This document shows positions 38,746 through 53,184 of a DNA stretch of 64,000 nt, one piece after another (position 1 is the stretch's first letter; each line of letters begins with the position of its first letter). The DNA is taken from the NCBI RefSeq assembly GCF_963921235.1, contig NC_086097.1:179554001-179618000 (forward strand), written 5' to 3'. This DNA is from Mobula hypostoma. Its lineage: Eukaryota. The notes under the pieces are model-generated. The model was not told the origin of the DNA and ran no database searches. It worked only from the letters and a program-made list of their open reading frames with translations. The translations under genes and the position numbers were made by a program.

Positions 38746-40834
38746 CTTATCCCTTTTTAGAAGGTGTTAGATGGATGAAATTATTACTGTATACATGAAT
38801 GCTAAATGGAAGAAACAGCAGTCTAACAAGATGAATCCAAAAAACAAAATTAGGTCAAGATATGGGAATTAAAAGGAAAGAGTGGAGGACTGAGAGATCG
38901 CGAATGAGAGACAAGCAAAATCATGGTGCAAAATTACACTTGGATGATTAAGGATGCAAGCCCAAAGGGAGTGTGTCCCAGCTTGTGGAGTGTTCACATG
39001 AAGATTGACCATTCACTGCACAATTATAAACGGATATGATAAAGTTACAGTTACAAAGACAAGGCTAGAGAACATTCAGGAACAGGAACTGAGCATTCAG
39101 ATCTATTCAGTATTCAGAAGAATGCTGAATAACTCTGCCAGCAAAAGAGGGAATACATTCTTCAGTGGGGAAGGACATTAACTCCAAGATCCCTGACATG
39201 AAGTCTCCCATTGTTGGGTTTAGGCACAGAAAATGGCAATGGAGGCTGTATATGTAGGGAATGGTGAAGAAAATTACAAACAGATGCAGAAATGATAAAA
39301 ACCTAATTATGTGTGACTTCAACTTACATATAGAATTGTACAAAGCAAATTAACATTAATACCACTGAAAATGCATTTCTAGAATGCAGTTGTGATGGCA
39401 TTTTGGAACAACATATCACAGAGCCAAGTAGAAAGCAGGATCTCCTAGAGTACTGTGGAATCATGTCACAAGTTTGGACCTTGTGGAAAGTACTAAACTG
39501 GGTACAGCAGAGTATGACATTATTAGACAGGATCTGGGGGGAGTTATTTGGGAGCAGTGTGTGGGAGCGGACTGTCATGTTCCAGTAAAGAGCAAGGGCA
39601 AGGATGACAAGGTAAGGACACACTATACGACAGAAGAGATTGTTAAGCAAGACATATTCTGCTCGAGAAACTCAGTGGGTTGAGTAGCATCTGTGGAAAG
39701 AAAAGAATGTAAATATCTCGGGTCAAAACCTGACATCAGGACTGAGAGTGAAAAGGGAAGATTCCACAAGAGACTCCAATGAGATCAAGTGCAGACTGGG
39801 CAACCAGTTCAGCGCACATGCAGAAGGTTTGCAATGGCCACCATTGCTCCCAGTTGTTTTCTACCCATTCCAAGCATGAGCTGTTCATCCTCTAGCTTCT
39901 CCACTGCCACAGTGAGGCACAGCGCAAACTGGAAGAGCAACATTGCATATTCTGCCTGGTAGTCTACAACCCAATGGTATGAAATGAATCCTCCCACTTT
40001 AGTCTCCCCATCTAGTGGGTTTTATCCCCCTTTCCCATTGCCCCTCATTTACCAGTCCACCTCTGATACTTTCATTTTCATCTGCTTTCCCTCAAACACC
40101 TCCAATCTCCTGGTTCCATCTGCTTTTCACTTCTCCCGTAATGGTTTCCAGTATCATCTTCCTTATCAGATTCCTGTAGCCCTTTATGTTTCTGTTGATC
40201 TCCCTCAGGAAGTTATCTGCACCTCAATCTTTTTTCTATTTGTCTGCCCCCACCTATCACACCACTCCCCTTCCCTTTTAGCACAATCTACCTGTCATCT
40301 TAAACCTCACTCTTCAGTCCACACTTTAGACTCCTGTCTCACCACCTCCCTTCTCCTGTTTATACCGGCTATATCCTTTCTCCATTCTCAATCCTTATCC
40401 ACTGTATCGAACCGTAAAATCACTTCCTAACCCCTTACCAGATAATGTTCAACATGCTGATTTCCTCAAGCAGGTTATTTGTTGCTTCACAAATTGGAAT
40501 TTGAAACCACAGTTTCTTTGGGGTGTGACTAGCAGTAAAGATGAGGATGAGTGAGGGGGGGAAGAGGGGGAGAATGGGAGAGGGCGGGTATGTAGTGTAC
40601 AAACAGTTTCAATACGTTTACAAAAGTCCCACATAAGGGACTTTTATCAAAACCACACGTAAAACTAAAGCACGCAGGGTCAGATGTGAAATGTTAATGT
40701 GGATAGAGAACCGGACACAAGGAGTAGGAATAGAGAAGTCTTTATCTGAATGGCAGGCTATGATTAGTGGGCAACCCCGAATATACATAATATAAATAAT
40801 TTACTTGGAATTAACTTTAATATTACCGCCTCTC

Positions 40835-43118
40835 CAGACTGCATAAAGAGAGGGGTTGAGGTGAAGGAACCCTTAGGAGGCAGTGATCATAACATGATTG
40901 AGTTCACTGTGAAATTTGAAAAAGAGAAGCCGAAATCTGATGTGTTGGTATTTCAGTGGAGTAAAGGAAATTACAGTGGCATGAGAGAGGAACTGGCCAA
41001 AGTTGACTGGAAAGGGACATTGGCAGGAAAGACGGCAGAGCAGCAGTGGCTGGAGTTTATGTGAGAAATGAGGAAGGTGCAAGACAGGTATATTCTAAAA
41101 AAGAAGAAATTTTCAGGTGGAAAAAGGATGCAACCATGGTTGACAAGAGAAGTCAAAGCCAAAGTTAAAGCAAAGGAGAGGGCATACAAGGAAGCAAAAA
41201 TTAGTGGGAAGACAGAGGATTGAGAAGTTTGTAAAACCTTACAAAAGGAAACCAAGAAGGTCATTAAGAGGGAAAAGATTAACTATGAAAGGAAGCCAGC
41301 AAATAATATCAAAGAGGACACTAAAAGCTTTTTCAAGTATATAAAGAGTAAAAGACAGGTGAGAGTAGATACAGGAAGGATAGAAAATGATGCTAGAGAA
41401 ATTGTAATGGGAGATAAGGAGATGGCAGAGGAACTGAACGAGTATTTTGCATCAGTCTTCACTGAGGAAGACATCAGCAGTATACCAGACACTCAAGGGT
41501 GGCAGGGAAGAGAAGTGGGCGCAGTCACAATTACGACAGAGAAAGTACTCAGGAAGCTGAATAGTCTAAAGGTAGATAAACCTCCTGGGCCAGAAGGAAT
41601 GCACCCGCGTGTTTTGAAGGAAGTAGCTGTGGAGATTGCGGAGGCATTAGCGATGATCTTTCAAAAGTCGACAGATTCTGGCATGGTTCCGGAGGACTGG
41701 AAGATTGCAAATGTCACTCCGCTATTTAAGAAAGGAGCAAGGAAGCAAAAAGGAAATTATAGACCTGTTAGCTTGACATCGGTGGTTGGGAAGTTGTTGG
41801 AGTCGATTGTCAAGGATGAGGTTACAGAGTACCTGGAGGCATATGGCAAGATAGGCAGAACTCAGCATGGATTCCTTAAAGGAAAATTACCAGTAGGCTA
41901 GACAAGGGAGATGCAGTGGATGTTGTATATTTGGATTTTCAGAAGGCCTTTGACAAGGTGCCACACATGAGGCTACTTAACAAGATAAGAGCCCATGGAA
42001 TTACGGGAAAGTTACATACGTGGATAGAGTGTTGGCTGATTGGCAGGAAACAGAGAGTGGGAATAAAGGGATACTCTTCTGGTTGGCTGCCGGTTACCAG
42101 TGGTGTTCCACAGGGGTCCGTGTTGGGGCCGCTTCTTTTTACATTGTACATCAACAATTTGGATTATGGAATAGATGGCTTTGTGGCTAAGTTTGCTGAT
42201 GATACGAAGATAGGTGGAGGGGCCAGTAGTGCTGAGGAAACGGAGAGTCTGCAGAGAGACTTGGATAGATTGGAAGAATGGGCAGAGAAGTGGCAAATGA
42301 AGTACAATATTGGAAAGTGTATGGTTATGCACTTTGGCAGAAAAAATAAACGGGCAGACTATTATTTAAATGGGGAAAGAATTCAAAGTTCTGAGATGCA
42401 ACGGGACTTGGAAGTCCTCGTACAGGATACCCTTAAAGTTAACCTCCAGATTGAGTCGGTAGTGAAGAAGGCAAATGCAATGTTGGCATTCATTTCTAGA
42501 GGAATAGAGTATAGGAGCAGGGATGTGATGTTGAGGCTCTATAAGGCACTGGTGAGACCTCACTTGGAGTACTGGGGGCAGTTTTGGTCTCCTTATTTAA
42601 GGAAGGATGTGCTGACGTTGGAGAGGGTACAGAGAAGATTCGCTAGAATGATTCCGGGAATGAGAGGGTTAACATATGAGGAACGTTTGTCCGCTCCTGG
42701 ACTGTATTCCTTGGAGTTTAGAAGAATGAGGGGAGACTTCATAGAAACATTTCGAATATTGAAAGGCATGGACAGAGTGGATGTGGCAAAGTTGTTTCCC
42801 ATGATGGGGGAGTCTAGTATGAGAGGGCATGACTTAAGGATTGAAGGGCACCCATTCAGAACAGAAATGCAAAGAAATTTTTTTAGTCAGAGGGTGGTGA
42901 ATCTATGGAATTTGTGGCCACGGGCAGTAGTGGAGGCCAAGTCATTGGGTGTATTTAAGGTAGAGATTCATAGGTATCTGAGTAGCCAGGGCATCAAAGG
43001 TTATGGTGAGAAGGCGTGGGAGTGGGATTAAATGGGAGAATGGATCAGCTCATGATAAAATGGCGGAGCAGACTCGATGGGCCGAATGGCCAACTTCTGC
43101 TCCTTTGTCTTATGGTCT
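40835..43118 (+). mobile_element. 5'-truncated CR1 LINE, relatively young
   Basis: ORFs 41359..41901 and 41916..43031 (DFQKAFDKVPH, GVPQGSVLGP, KFADDTK); small deletion near 41890; CR1 tail to ~43118. Confidence 0.92.
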
Positions 43119-43124
43119 AAACAA

Positions 43125-44682
43125 GAAAATAAATTATATACAAGTTTTACAAGAAAACACAATTAGAACAAAAAAGAGTCTATTTTAGTGCAAGTGGTCA
43201 AAGTGTTGCTAAACTGAAGTGACCAGGGTTGTGTCAGATGATTCAAGAAATGCACACATGAAGGCAAGAAGCTTTTCTTGAATCTGGTTGTGTGGGACTT
43301 CAGGCTTCTGTACCTGCTGCCTGCTGGTAGCTGTGAGACGATGACATGGTCCAGATGGTGGGGACCTTTAAGGATGGATGTTATCTTCCTGAAGCAGTTC
43401 CTCCTGCAGATATTACTGATGGCGGGGAGGGGTGAACTAATGATGTACCTGGCAAAGTCCCAAACTCTCTGCAGCTTCTAAGATTCAAGTGCATTACATT
43501 TACCAAACCAGCCATAAGGCAGTTAGGATACCTGCAACAACATACCTGTAGATGTTTGTTGGAGTGTTAGAGGACGAGCCGAACCTTCTCAGAAAATAGA
43601 GACTGGTGCACTTCCCTTATGATTACATTGAACAGTCACGATAGGTGATTTGGACTTTTCACTTCTTGGTCACTGCCCAGCACTTTGCTGTTTTTGTATT
43701 TTAACACAGCATAGTCCTGAGTAAGTGCAGCTGATCTCACCAGGCACCTCCTCATTGTTAGCTGTGCCTAATGCTGCTTTCCACCTCCCTCTGCAACTGG
43801 ATTCTCGACTTCCTAACTGAAAGACCACAATCTGTTCGAGTCAGAAATAATATCTCCACCTCACTGACAATCAACACTGGCGCACCTCCAGGGGTATGTG
43901 CTTAGTCTACTGCTCTACTCTCTCTACACACATGACTGTGTGGCTAGGCACAACTCAAATGCCATCTATAAGTTTGCTAATGATACAGCCATTGTAGGCG
44001 GAATTTCAGATGGGACGAGGGGCTGTACTGGAGTGAGATATTCAACTAGTTGAGTGGTGTCACAGCAACAATCTTGAACTCAGTGTCAGTACGACCAAAG
44101 AACTGATTGTGGAACAGGAGGGAACACAGTCCAGTCCTCAGAGAGAGATCAGAAGTGAAAATTTCAAGTTCTTGGATGTCAACATCTCCGAGGATCTAAC
44201 CTAGACCCAACATACTGATGCAGCTACAAAGAAGGCACAACAGCAGCTATATTTTATTAGGAGTTTGAGAGAATTTCGTATGTTACCCAAAACACGTGAA
44301 AATGTCTTCATGTACCGGGTGAGCATTCGAACTGGCTGCATCACTGTCTGGTATGTTGGGGGGGGGGGGTGGCTACTGCAGAGGATCGAAGTAAGCTGCA
44401 GAGAGTTGTAAACTTAGCTCCACTGTGAGCACTAGCCTCCGGAGTGTCCAGGACACCCTCAGAGAGCAGTGCTTCAGAAAGGCTCCATCACCTCCATCAC
44501 CCAGGTTATGCCTTGTTCTCATTTGTCACCATCTGGAAGGAGGTACAGAAGGCTGAAGGCATGCACTCAACAATTCAGGAACAGCTTCTTCCCCCTGTCA
44601 TCCGATTTCTGAACGGACATTCAACTCAAGAACAGTACCTCACTACTTTTTTAATTTCTATTTTTGCACTAATTATTTCATT

Positions 44683-44744
<62 letters not shown>

Positions 44745-44850
44745 CATGAGATAAATATATTGACACATTTACTGTAATTCATATTTTTATTATGTATTGC
44801 ATTGTACTACTGCCACAAAGTCAACAAATTTCATAACATATGACATTGAA
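43125..44850. mobile_element. Rex1/Babar-like RT fragments (minus 43125-43620; plus 43770-44850)
   Basis: WILDFLT, GAPxG, HDCVA, YKFAND motifs in degenerate form. Confidence 0.7.
44687..44745. repeat. (TA)n(CA)n(TA)n microsatellite
   Basis: Direct reading. Confidence 0.9.
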
Positions 44851-44889
44851 GTTCCCCACCCAGACAACCTTTTTGACTTTGCTTCTTCC

Positions 44890-45340
44890 AGTTAGAACAG
44901 CAGTACAGGCCCCTTGGCCTACAATGTTGTGCCGACCGTTAGCCTACTCTGCCTGCTTCATTCCCACTTAGCCCTCCGTTTTTCTTTTATCTACCAACCT
45001 ATCTAAGAGGCCGTCAAATGCATTTGCCTCTTCCACCACTCTTGGCAGTACGTTCCACTGCGTAAAAAAAACTCTAACATCCCCCCTATATTTTCCTTCA
45101 ATCACCTTAAAATTATACCACCTCATGTTAGCCTTTTCCACCCAGGGAAAAAGTCTCTGGCTGTCCATCCTCCTTCCCTCCCAAGAGCTCCTCATAAGAC
45201 AGGTTCTCTAATCCAGACAGTGTCCTGGTAAATCTCCTCTGCACTCTCTCTAAAGCTTCTACATTCTTCTGTTAATAAGGTGACCAGAACTGAAACAATA
45301 ATCCAAGTGTGGTCTGACTAGTTTTAATAAAACTGCAACA
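44890..45340 (-). mobile_element. CR1 3' fragment
   Basis: ORF2 C-terminal remnants (VRPHLDYC, WNVLP) and tail. Confidence 0.7.
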
Positions 45341-48299
45341 TGCTCATCATGGAGAAGAATCATTTCATCAGCAAAAGAGGGAAGTAAGTGGCCGTCAAGA
45401 GTTTCCTGCCAGGTTTTACATAATGATCTGACTCTTCGTGGGGATCCAGTATTAATATTCTGGACTCCGAAGTTACTCTTTTTCACCTGCATACCATCGT
45501 ACCACTAACTCTCATGGGGCTGTCCTACAAAACTGTGTCCCATCTGAATTAGGTAGCAGCCTCTGGATTAGTACTCCAGTATTTTACCCACTGCACCACC
45601 CCCATACTGAGATCATCAAATGTAGGAGCAGAATTAGGCCATTCAAATCTGCTCTAACATTCAATTACGGCTGATTAACTTCTACTTATTCTTACTTTTA
45701 TGTAGTTCCTTACTTAGCAAATATTTTTACATTCTATTATATATCTTTAAGAAACTACATTGAAAATTTCAGGTGCTATCTAAGTAACTGCATTAGATTA
45801 CCTTGCCAACAAGTGAAAAATATTCCTTTCAGTTCTCTTCAGAAAGAATCACAACCTTGTTTCAAACTTTCAAAGCTGGAAAATTGAGTACAGGTTTAGT
45901 CCTTGACAGATTTCATGTGCAATCTTTTCTGTATTATCACTTTTCCATTATACATTTTAGATTCAGAGTAGCAGGCCCCTTGCGTCAATTGGCCAATTTA
46001 GCTTGACCAATCTTTTTAACCAAACAAAATATTTCAGGATGTCCCAAAGTGAGATTAAATGTCTAAATTTACAATCACTCTTTAAATGAGGGAAACAAGG
46101 TAGCAACCATTTATAAATAAAACACCACGAGAGCCATTGTTAGTGCTGTAGAATCCCCTCAAGCAGTGTACTTTTTTATTGCACCACCACTGACCTTTAG
46201 TAAAGGCAGATAGTCATTTTACACAGGGCTGGAGCTGTCCCTGTACTCTTTCTCACCTGGACACCAACTCTGCATTTTCTGTAGGAATAGCTCATGGTAA
46301 CTGGTGGAAGTTGATCGATGGATGAGGTACAGCGAAAACATTTTATATGAGATGTGCAGGATTCACATGTCAAAGGACAGCTCCCTGATCCTTTCCCCAG
46401 ACTTAACCCCCAATCCTCTCCCAAAACCCAAGTCTACCTATCACCCATATCCTTGCTTCCCTAGGATGGTTGCCAGCCTTTGGCACAATGATTTCTCCCA
46501 CGGCTTTGCCTCATCCTGCCTGGACCTGTAGGCATAGACACCATGTATTCTCTGAACATGACACATCATAACTGCTCCTTAGCAATGCAAGGTATCCCAA
46601 GCTTCTAGCATGTTGAGTTTTCAGCAGAAATATGCCATGTTATCTGTACTGTGCATTGTCAGAACCTGCCAATGTCAGCACTGGCCTTATTAACACTATT
46701 CTTGAAATGGACAGTTCGTGTTACAGGACTAAATTATAATGTGTCAAGAACTTTTAATTATTCTGCTCTTGGCATAGATCAAGTTACAGGATCCTGAGTG
46801 TTGGATACTGTCCTCCCATTTTCCTTGGTGAGAATAAAATCTGCCCCTCAAATAAGTGCAGCCAAAAAGAATGTTCTAATAATACATAAATGCAAGAGAT
46901 AGCCGAAATGTATTTTTAACGTGGTTAAAAAATTGTGGGGTGGAGCTGCATCTCTACCAAAGGAGGTGTAAGGCACTCCTTCCCACTGCAAGCCTACAGG
47001 TCCCCCTTGGGCAAGGTACAGCACCTACTTAGCTCCCTCCCCCAGACAAACCACTTCTGTAGAAAAATTTGCCTATAGCTACCATGGTCATGGAAAGATC
47101 ATGATCGTGATCAACCACATCATACAACATAGCACATAACGAACAAACAAAAACAAATGGTTGAAGATTCTACAGTTAAACTAGACACGAATTTGACACT
47201 ACAGTATGTCACATCAAGATATTTGGATAAGCCACTCAAATGTATCCTGTCGTGTCCATTCCACTCTCCACCCCATGTCTGCTTCCAGTGCGGTGACTCC
47301 TTGAATTCACAACAGTTAAGGAATACATCTTAACCTCTTCACCAAATCATAGACCTGGCAAAAAGCTCATGGATTACCGGGCAACAGTGATCCCTGCACT
47401 CCTCCAATCTTCGCGACCTTATGAGCAAACATCTTATGACACTGTCTCACAAATCTGATTTAATGTTTTGAAGAGGGAACTCAAGAGAATTCACACAGGC
47501 AGAGTGGTATAAATTGTCTATGTAAACTTCAGCAAGATCTTTGACATGGTTTATAGTAGCACTAACAGTTTAGCATCTATTCACAAGGGTCAAAAGACAT
47601 GTAAATCAGAATCTATCCAGACACACCAACATCTGCATTTTCATCAGATATGGCAATGATCCAGAAACCCATCCACTTGACAGTTCCAATTCATTCTGAG
47701 GCAATTTCTACCTATCCTGCACATTGATTTATCAGTGCTGGGTAATTACAAAACAATTTTAATTTCTCTGGAGAGATTCACCCCCCCCCCCCCCCAACTG
47801 CAGTAGCATCGGTCAATGAGGAACTTGGTCAGAAAAAAAACTCGCTGGCACGAATTGTTTATGCCATACCAAATGACCATAAAAAGCAGGCTGAGAAATG
47901 TATGGGGCAAAGATTTAAAGGGGACCTACAGGACAACTTTTCAACAGAGGGTGGTTAGTATGTGGAACGAGTTACCAGACGAAGTCGCTGAGACAGATTG
48001 TGCAGTATTATTTAAGACGTACTCGAATGAACATGAAGGAGGTGGGCTCAGAAGAATATGGGCCGAACACGGGAAATTGGAACTGGTTGGATGGACACTC
48101 CATGCAGTACTACTCTGACTCTGAGGTGGCACTCAGCGTCCTCAGTACACACACGTAAGATTCTCACTTCACCTCCTCAATAACATCCCGTACTTCTCCC
48201 TGCCCAGTCAGACCCCTCTGTGAGCACGGGTAGTGGTGATGGGGAAAAGGTTCTAGCCCACCCTGTACACACTGAGGGAACTCCTCCCCGATTCCTCAC

Positions 48300-48600
48300 T
48301 GGGACTTGAACGCTCTGAACAGCCGAACTACACCAACCCTGGGTCGTGGGTCGTCGCTCGCTGCCGTCGCTCCGCTCGCCAGCCGCTTGCCGTAGCCCAG
48401 CGCCTAACGCGTTTTGAGGTGAGATAAGTGCCACTGCGCATGGGCACCCACACACATTGGGAGATTGTCTACGTCAGACACGTCACTGTTGCATATCCTA
48501 CCAATCACGACAGGCCCGTCAGTGTGAATGACCAATCACGTGGTCACAACGTTGGTATGGTAATAGTTCCCTCGCTTCAGTGTCCTGCGCCGGGTCACCC
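48300..48600 (-). promoter_or_regulatory. CpG-rich promoter / likely non-coding first exon of CABYR-like gene
   Basis: The main non-repeat CpG-dense patch between the two genes: TGCGCATGGGCA (NRF1-like) 48435-46, TGACGT sites at 48471-76 and 48480-85 (minus), CCAAT at 48456-60, 48501-05 and 48532-36, CACGTG 48537-42. The exon with the ATG has an upstream acceptor, so a 5' exon is required. Confidence 0.6.
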
Positions 48601-49029
48601 TGCCTGCTCAATTACCATTTCAAATGAAAACCAAACTCCAGCTGCGAAAAATCTAAAAAAAATTGTTCAAAAATAAAGTAAAAGCTGGAAAGTTTCAGTA
48701 CACCGTGAGGCAACGAACAGAACCGAAAGGTCCCCGTCCTAAACCTCGTTTCTTTTTCGTCAAGTTTTCAGCAGGTTTTATATATTTTTAAAATCACACT
48801 TCTGCAAGCTCAGCCGCACCGTGTATTACACAACAGGAAACCACAAGGCAGCCTGCACTTGCTCTGTTGTTTCATTACACTTACCCCCAACACCTAACTT
48901 CCATCGCTAAAAAAAAAGTCATAAGACTGAGCACTTGCGGTATCTGTGTTGAGCGTAAAACATAGCCGATGTTTTAAGTTAATGACGCCAAATCCCACAG
49001 CACGTGTCATTATTTTCTCAGAAGTTTGC

Positions 49030-49995
49030 AGATTCAGCATGTAACTAAAAGCACTGGCAAACTTCTATAGATGTACAGTGAAAAGTATCCTGAGTGGTTG
49101 CATCATGGCCTGGCATGGAAACAAAGCTCAGGAACAACAAAGTGGTGGATCATAAACACAAGAAATTCTGCAGACGCTGTAAATCCAAAGCAACACACAC
49201 AAAATGCTGGAGGAACTCAGCAGTCAGGCATTATCTATGGAAATGAACAAACAATTTCAGACGGAGACCCTTCTTCAGGACTGGAAAGGAAGGGGAAAGG
49301 CACAATAAAAACGTGGGGGTGGGGAGAGGAAGGAGGATAGCTAGAAAGGTGATAGGTGAAGCCAGGTGGGTAGGAAAGGTAAAAGGCTGGAGAGGAAGGA
49401 ACCTAATAGGAGAGTAGACTATAGAAGAAAGGGAAGGAGCAGCAGAAGAAGAAAGAGGTAAGAGGCCAGAGTGGGGAACAGAAGGGGAGGGGGAGAGATT
49501 CTTTTTTACCTGAAGGAGAAATCGATATTTATGCCATCAGATTGGAAGCTACCACGGAATCATCGTACAGCCCAGTCCATTACAGGCAAAGACCTCCCCA
49601 CCATTGAGTACACTGGAGCACTGCCACGAGAAAGCAGCATCCGTTATCAAAGACTCACACCATCCAGGTCATGCCCTCTTCTCACTGCTACCATCTGGAA
49701 GAAAGTACAGAGCCTTAGGTGCCACACCACCAAGTTCAGGAACAGTTATTACCCTACACCCATCAGGCTTCTGAACCAGTGCGGTTAATTTCATTCACCA
49801 ATTCTATGACCTACAGACTAATTTTCAAGGGTTCCTTACACTAGTGTTCTCAGTATTATTTTTATCTGCAGTTTGTCTTCATTTGCATATTAGTTGGCAG
49901 TCTTTGTTTATGTGCATTTCCTTGTAAACTCTATTTTATTTCTTTTTCTCTGTAAATGCCTGCAAAAAATGACTCTCATCATAACATATGTACTT
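49030..49995. mobile_element. Rex1-like 3' fragment (+) interrupted by Penelope-like 3' end (-, ~49155-49560)
   Basis: AQSITG.DLP, HPG.LF.LLPSG, TTKFRNSYYP motifs; Penelope terminal motif on minus. Confidence 0.7.
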
Positions 49996-52957
49996 CGATA
50001 ATAAATTTACTTTGAAATTTAATGTACCCAAACACTTCTGGGTAACTTTGATTCCTTGACTCAACCAAAAACTATCGTTAGAAATTTCTGCAATAACAGA
50101 TCCAAATCTCTCCACTATCCAGTGCAGCATATCAATTAATTTGCCAGAAGACTCATAGGGCAGCATCCTTTAATACAAGGAACAAGAGCAGCAGCATCAT
50201 GGATACATCACATCTCCCACGTCCTCCTCAACCCAAGATATCGAACTTCATCTCCATCTGTGCTACAGTATTGTTATCTTAGTCTTACTTATCCAATGCA
50301 ATAAATTCATTGGTACTTACCACCTAAATATCCCAGAGAAAGGGCTAACTAGAAATGCCCCCCTTGCCAACAACCTTATGGAGAAGAATATTTTAATATA
50401 GGCAAGTTCTACATTGGTTCTACAATTGGAAAACAATTTTAAAAAGGTTGGATAGAAGTTATGGCTGCAACCTACATAACATACCTACTGTGTGCATTTG
50501 TTTATATACAAAATCCAGCACCTTGCCTTTAAAGCACATAAGGGAACTTTAAAATATTTGACTACAATGATATTTTCAAACCAGCTTGAAAAAACTCCAA
50601 TAACTGATATCCAATTCTTCAAAAATTATGATGGTTCAGTGTCTATCATGCTAGGTGCTGATTTCCTACACTGCCTCAATCACAAAAGCACCAGTTTCTG
50701 TGATCCCTTTAATTCAACCAGTTTCCCCTGGGATCAATAAAGTATGACTATGACTATGACATTGGGAAATGTATTATGTTAGTATGTAATATCCAGAAAT
50801 ATGACTTCAAAGTCTATTGGAATAACATTCAATGGTCTAGAAAATCAGCCACTGCAAGTTCAGAACCTGTCTCACATCAGATTCATGAAGTTTTACTGTA
50901 CATTATGATAACTACTTACAATTTCTGATACAATAACACTAGGTATTAGCCACGTCTGGTCACTTTGTTTAATGCAGATGAGTAACGGCAGTCTACATAC
51001 AGTCAAAACGACAGGGAGAGATTTTGTCATCCATATTTCCAATCATGTACACAATGAACAATTCAGCTCAAAGTACCTGATAGTAACTTGCTGTGATGAT
51101 CAAGCAGAAAACACTTGTTTCATGTTCCCAGTAAATTAATTTGCAAGTATTAGTCCATTCTGTAATTGTAATTTTTCAATACAAGTTTTCCTCCATTAAT
51201 GCAAGCATGAGCATATCCATCAATTCTTGGGTGAATTACAAAACTCAATTCATTACAATTTTTAACTTTTGTTTCCCTTTCCCAGAGTGGCATGTGTGCC
51301 ACATCGAAATGTTAACACTCTCATGTAAGAACTTGAAAAGAGTCACACTTCATTACTTTACCCAAGTAAACAGGTGTCAAAGATGTCAGATATTTCATTC
51401 TATCTAAAACAAAAACAATCCAGCCCCCATACAGAATTGCACAACATCGTGTACATAAGGGGACTGAGCTTCCAGGATCACCAGCTTCGTAAAACAGGAA
51501 AACAGATTTAAAATCAAGACACATTTCTGTGCAACAGTCTAAATATTCAAAAAAATTAAACTATACAACCAGCAACAATTAAGTTTCTTCATGGAGTTAC
51601 AATTGAACAGAAACACCCCAGGGTCTGTCCCACACCAACTGACCACTTGGGCAAGATACAGAAATACCAGCACCTATAGAATGATATCGCAGTAAGGAAT
51701 TAACAGTTTCAGAAAAAAAGAGTAGCTTGATGCACTAAACATTCACAGTTGCTGGACAATCCACACATGGTGTTCCAATATATACATAAACCCAAATATG
51801 TATCACTAAGGGATGATGTATGCAGGTTTTTCTGCAGTTAAACCATGTCTATTATCTCAATAATTCATAAAAAAATATATTTGAAACCAATCAATGGTGG
51901 TGTTTCCAAGTCGTATCTACATCCAAGTGATATGTTACATGTTCTTATTCAATGGTTCACATCTCTCAAGTAATGGCGCATAAATAACTTAGCAACTGCA
52001 TAAACTAATACAGAATAAAAATCTCATTTTTTCCCTGTAGGATGTTTGTAACAATAGATAAAAACCCAATATCATAATACAACAAAACAAATGACAAAGT
52101 AATTAATTCGACACTGAGATGCTGCAAGGCAGTTTTGTTTGTTCATTACCCTGTTTTCCAGAGTTATCCTTTAAAAATGTATGAATTTCACAATTTACAT
52201 CTGATCCACAACTGAGGTATCAGGACACTTAAAAGAATGCTAACACAGAAGATCAAATAACATTTTGGTGTAGTGGTTTCAGAGGCATTTCAAAAAGACT
52301 GCATCTTTCACTCATAATTAACAAATGACCCTGAGCAGAAATGAACTCAAGTCCTTTGCTGCTGGTGTTCTCTGGGTCCAATACAAAAGGGATTAAAAAG
52401 TGCTACCAATATTTTTTTTTACACATTTTAAAATAACAATGGCATAAAATCTCTGCAAAATATAAATAAAATTAGTGCAACAAAAAGTATGGCTATTGTT
52501 TTTAACGATATGGCTGTCTATTTTGCCTGAAAAAGGCAAAAGCCATGAATCCTCCTTCAGTCCTGACCTACTACACAACCAAGGCCATTAGAATATGCAC
52601 CAGTGACATGAAAGACTCTGTGCTTCATTAATCTGTACAGATAATTGAGTTAGGTCTAAACTGAACTGCACCGTTACCAAAGTGGTGGTTAAGATAAGCA
52701 AGGTCACTTGATAATCCTTGGAATCCTCTAAGCCACCACCTTTTTAACTATCTATAACAAAGCAACAGATCTGCTTCACCCCACATTTGCCAGTGACACC
52801 GTTCTTAATACGTTTAAAGACATTCTACATGCTTGGGTCTTATACAGCTTTCCTTGGATCTTCCCAACCACTTTGCTGAATATTAACAGCATAAAGTGCA
52901 GAAATTGATTGAAGTTCAATCATATGTGCACTGAAGAGGATTCCAGTTTGGCAAACA

Positions 52958-53086
<129 letters not shown>

Positions 53087-53184
53087 CTATGTCAAATCAC
53101 AAAAATTGTTGTGTGTTCAATTGCAACAGATGCTAATATGTCTACATTCCATACCAAATACTGCCAGGCCATCAACAACATATC

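Noticed and set aside
41916..43031. Intact or domesticated reverse transcriptase, or a retron-like system
   Set aside because: Ordinary 5'-truncated CR1 ORF2 with upstream stops and a deletion.
50760..52957. Additional coding exons in the repeat-poor AT-rich stretch
   Set aside because: No convincing ORF or splice pairs; best explained as the TTC39C 3' UTR, whose polyA site I could not place.
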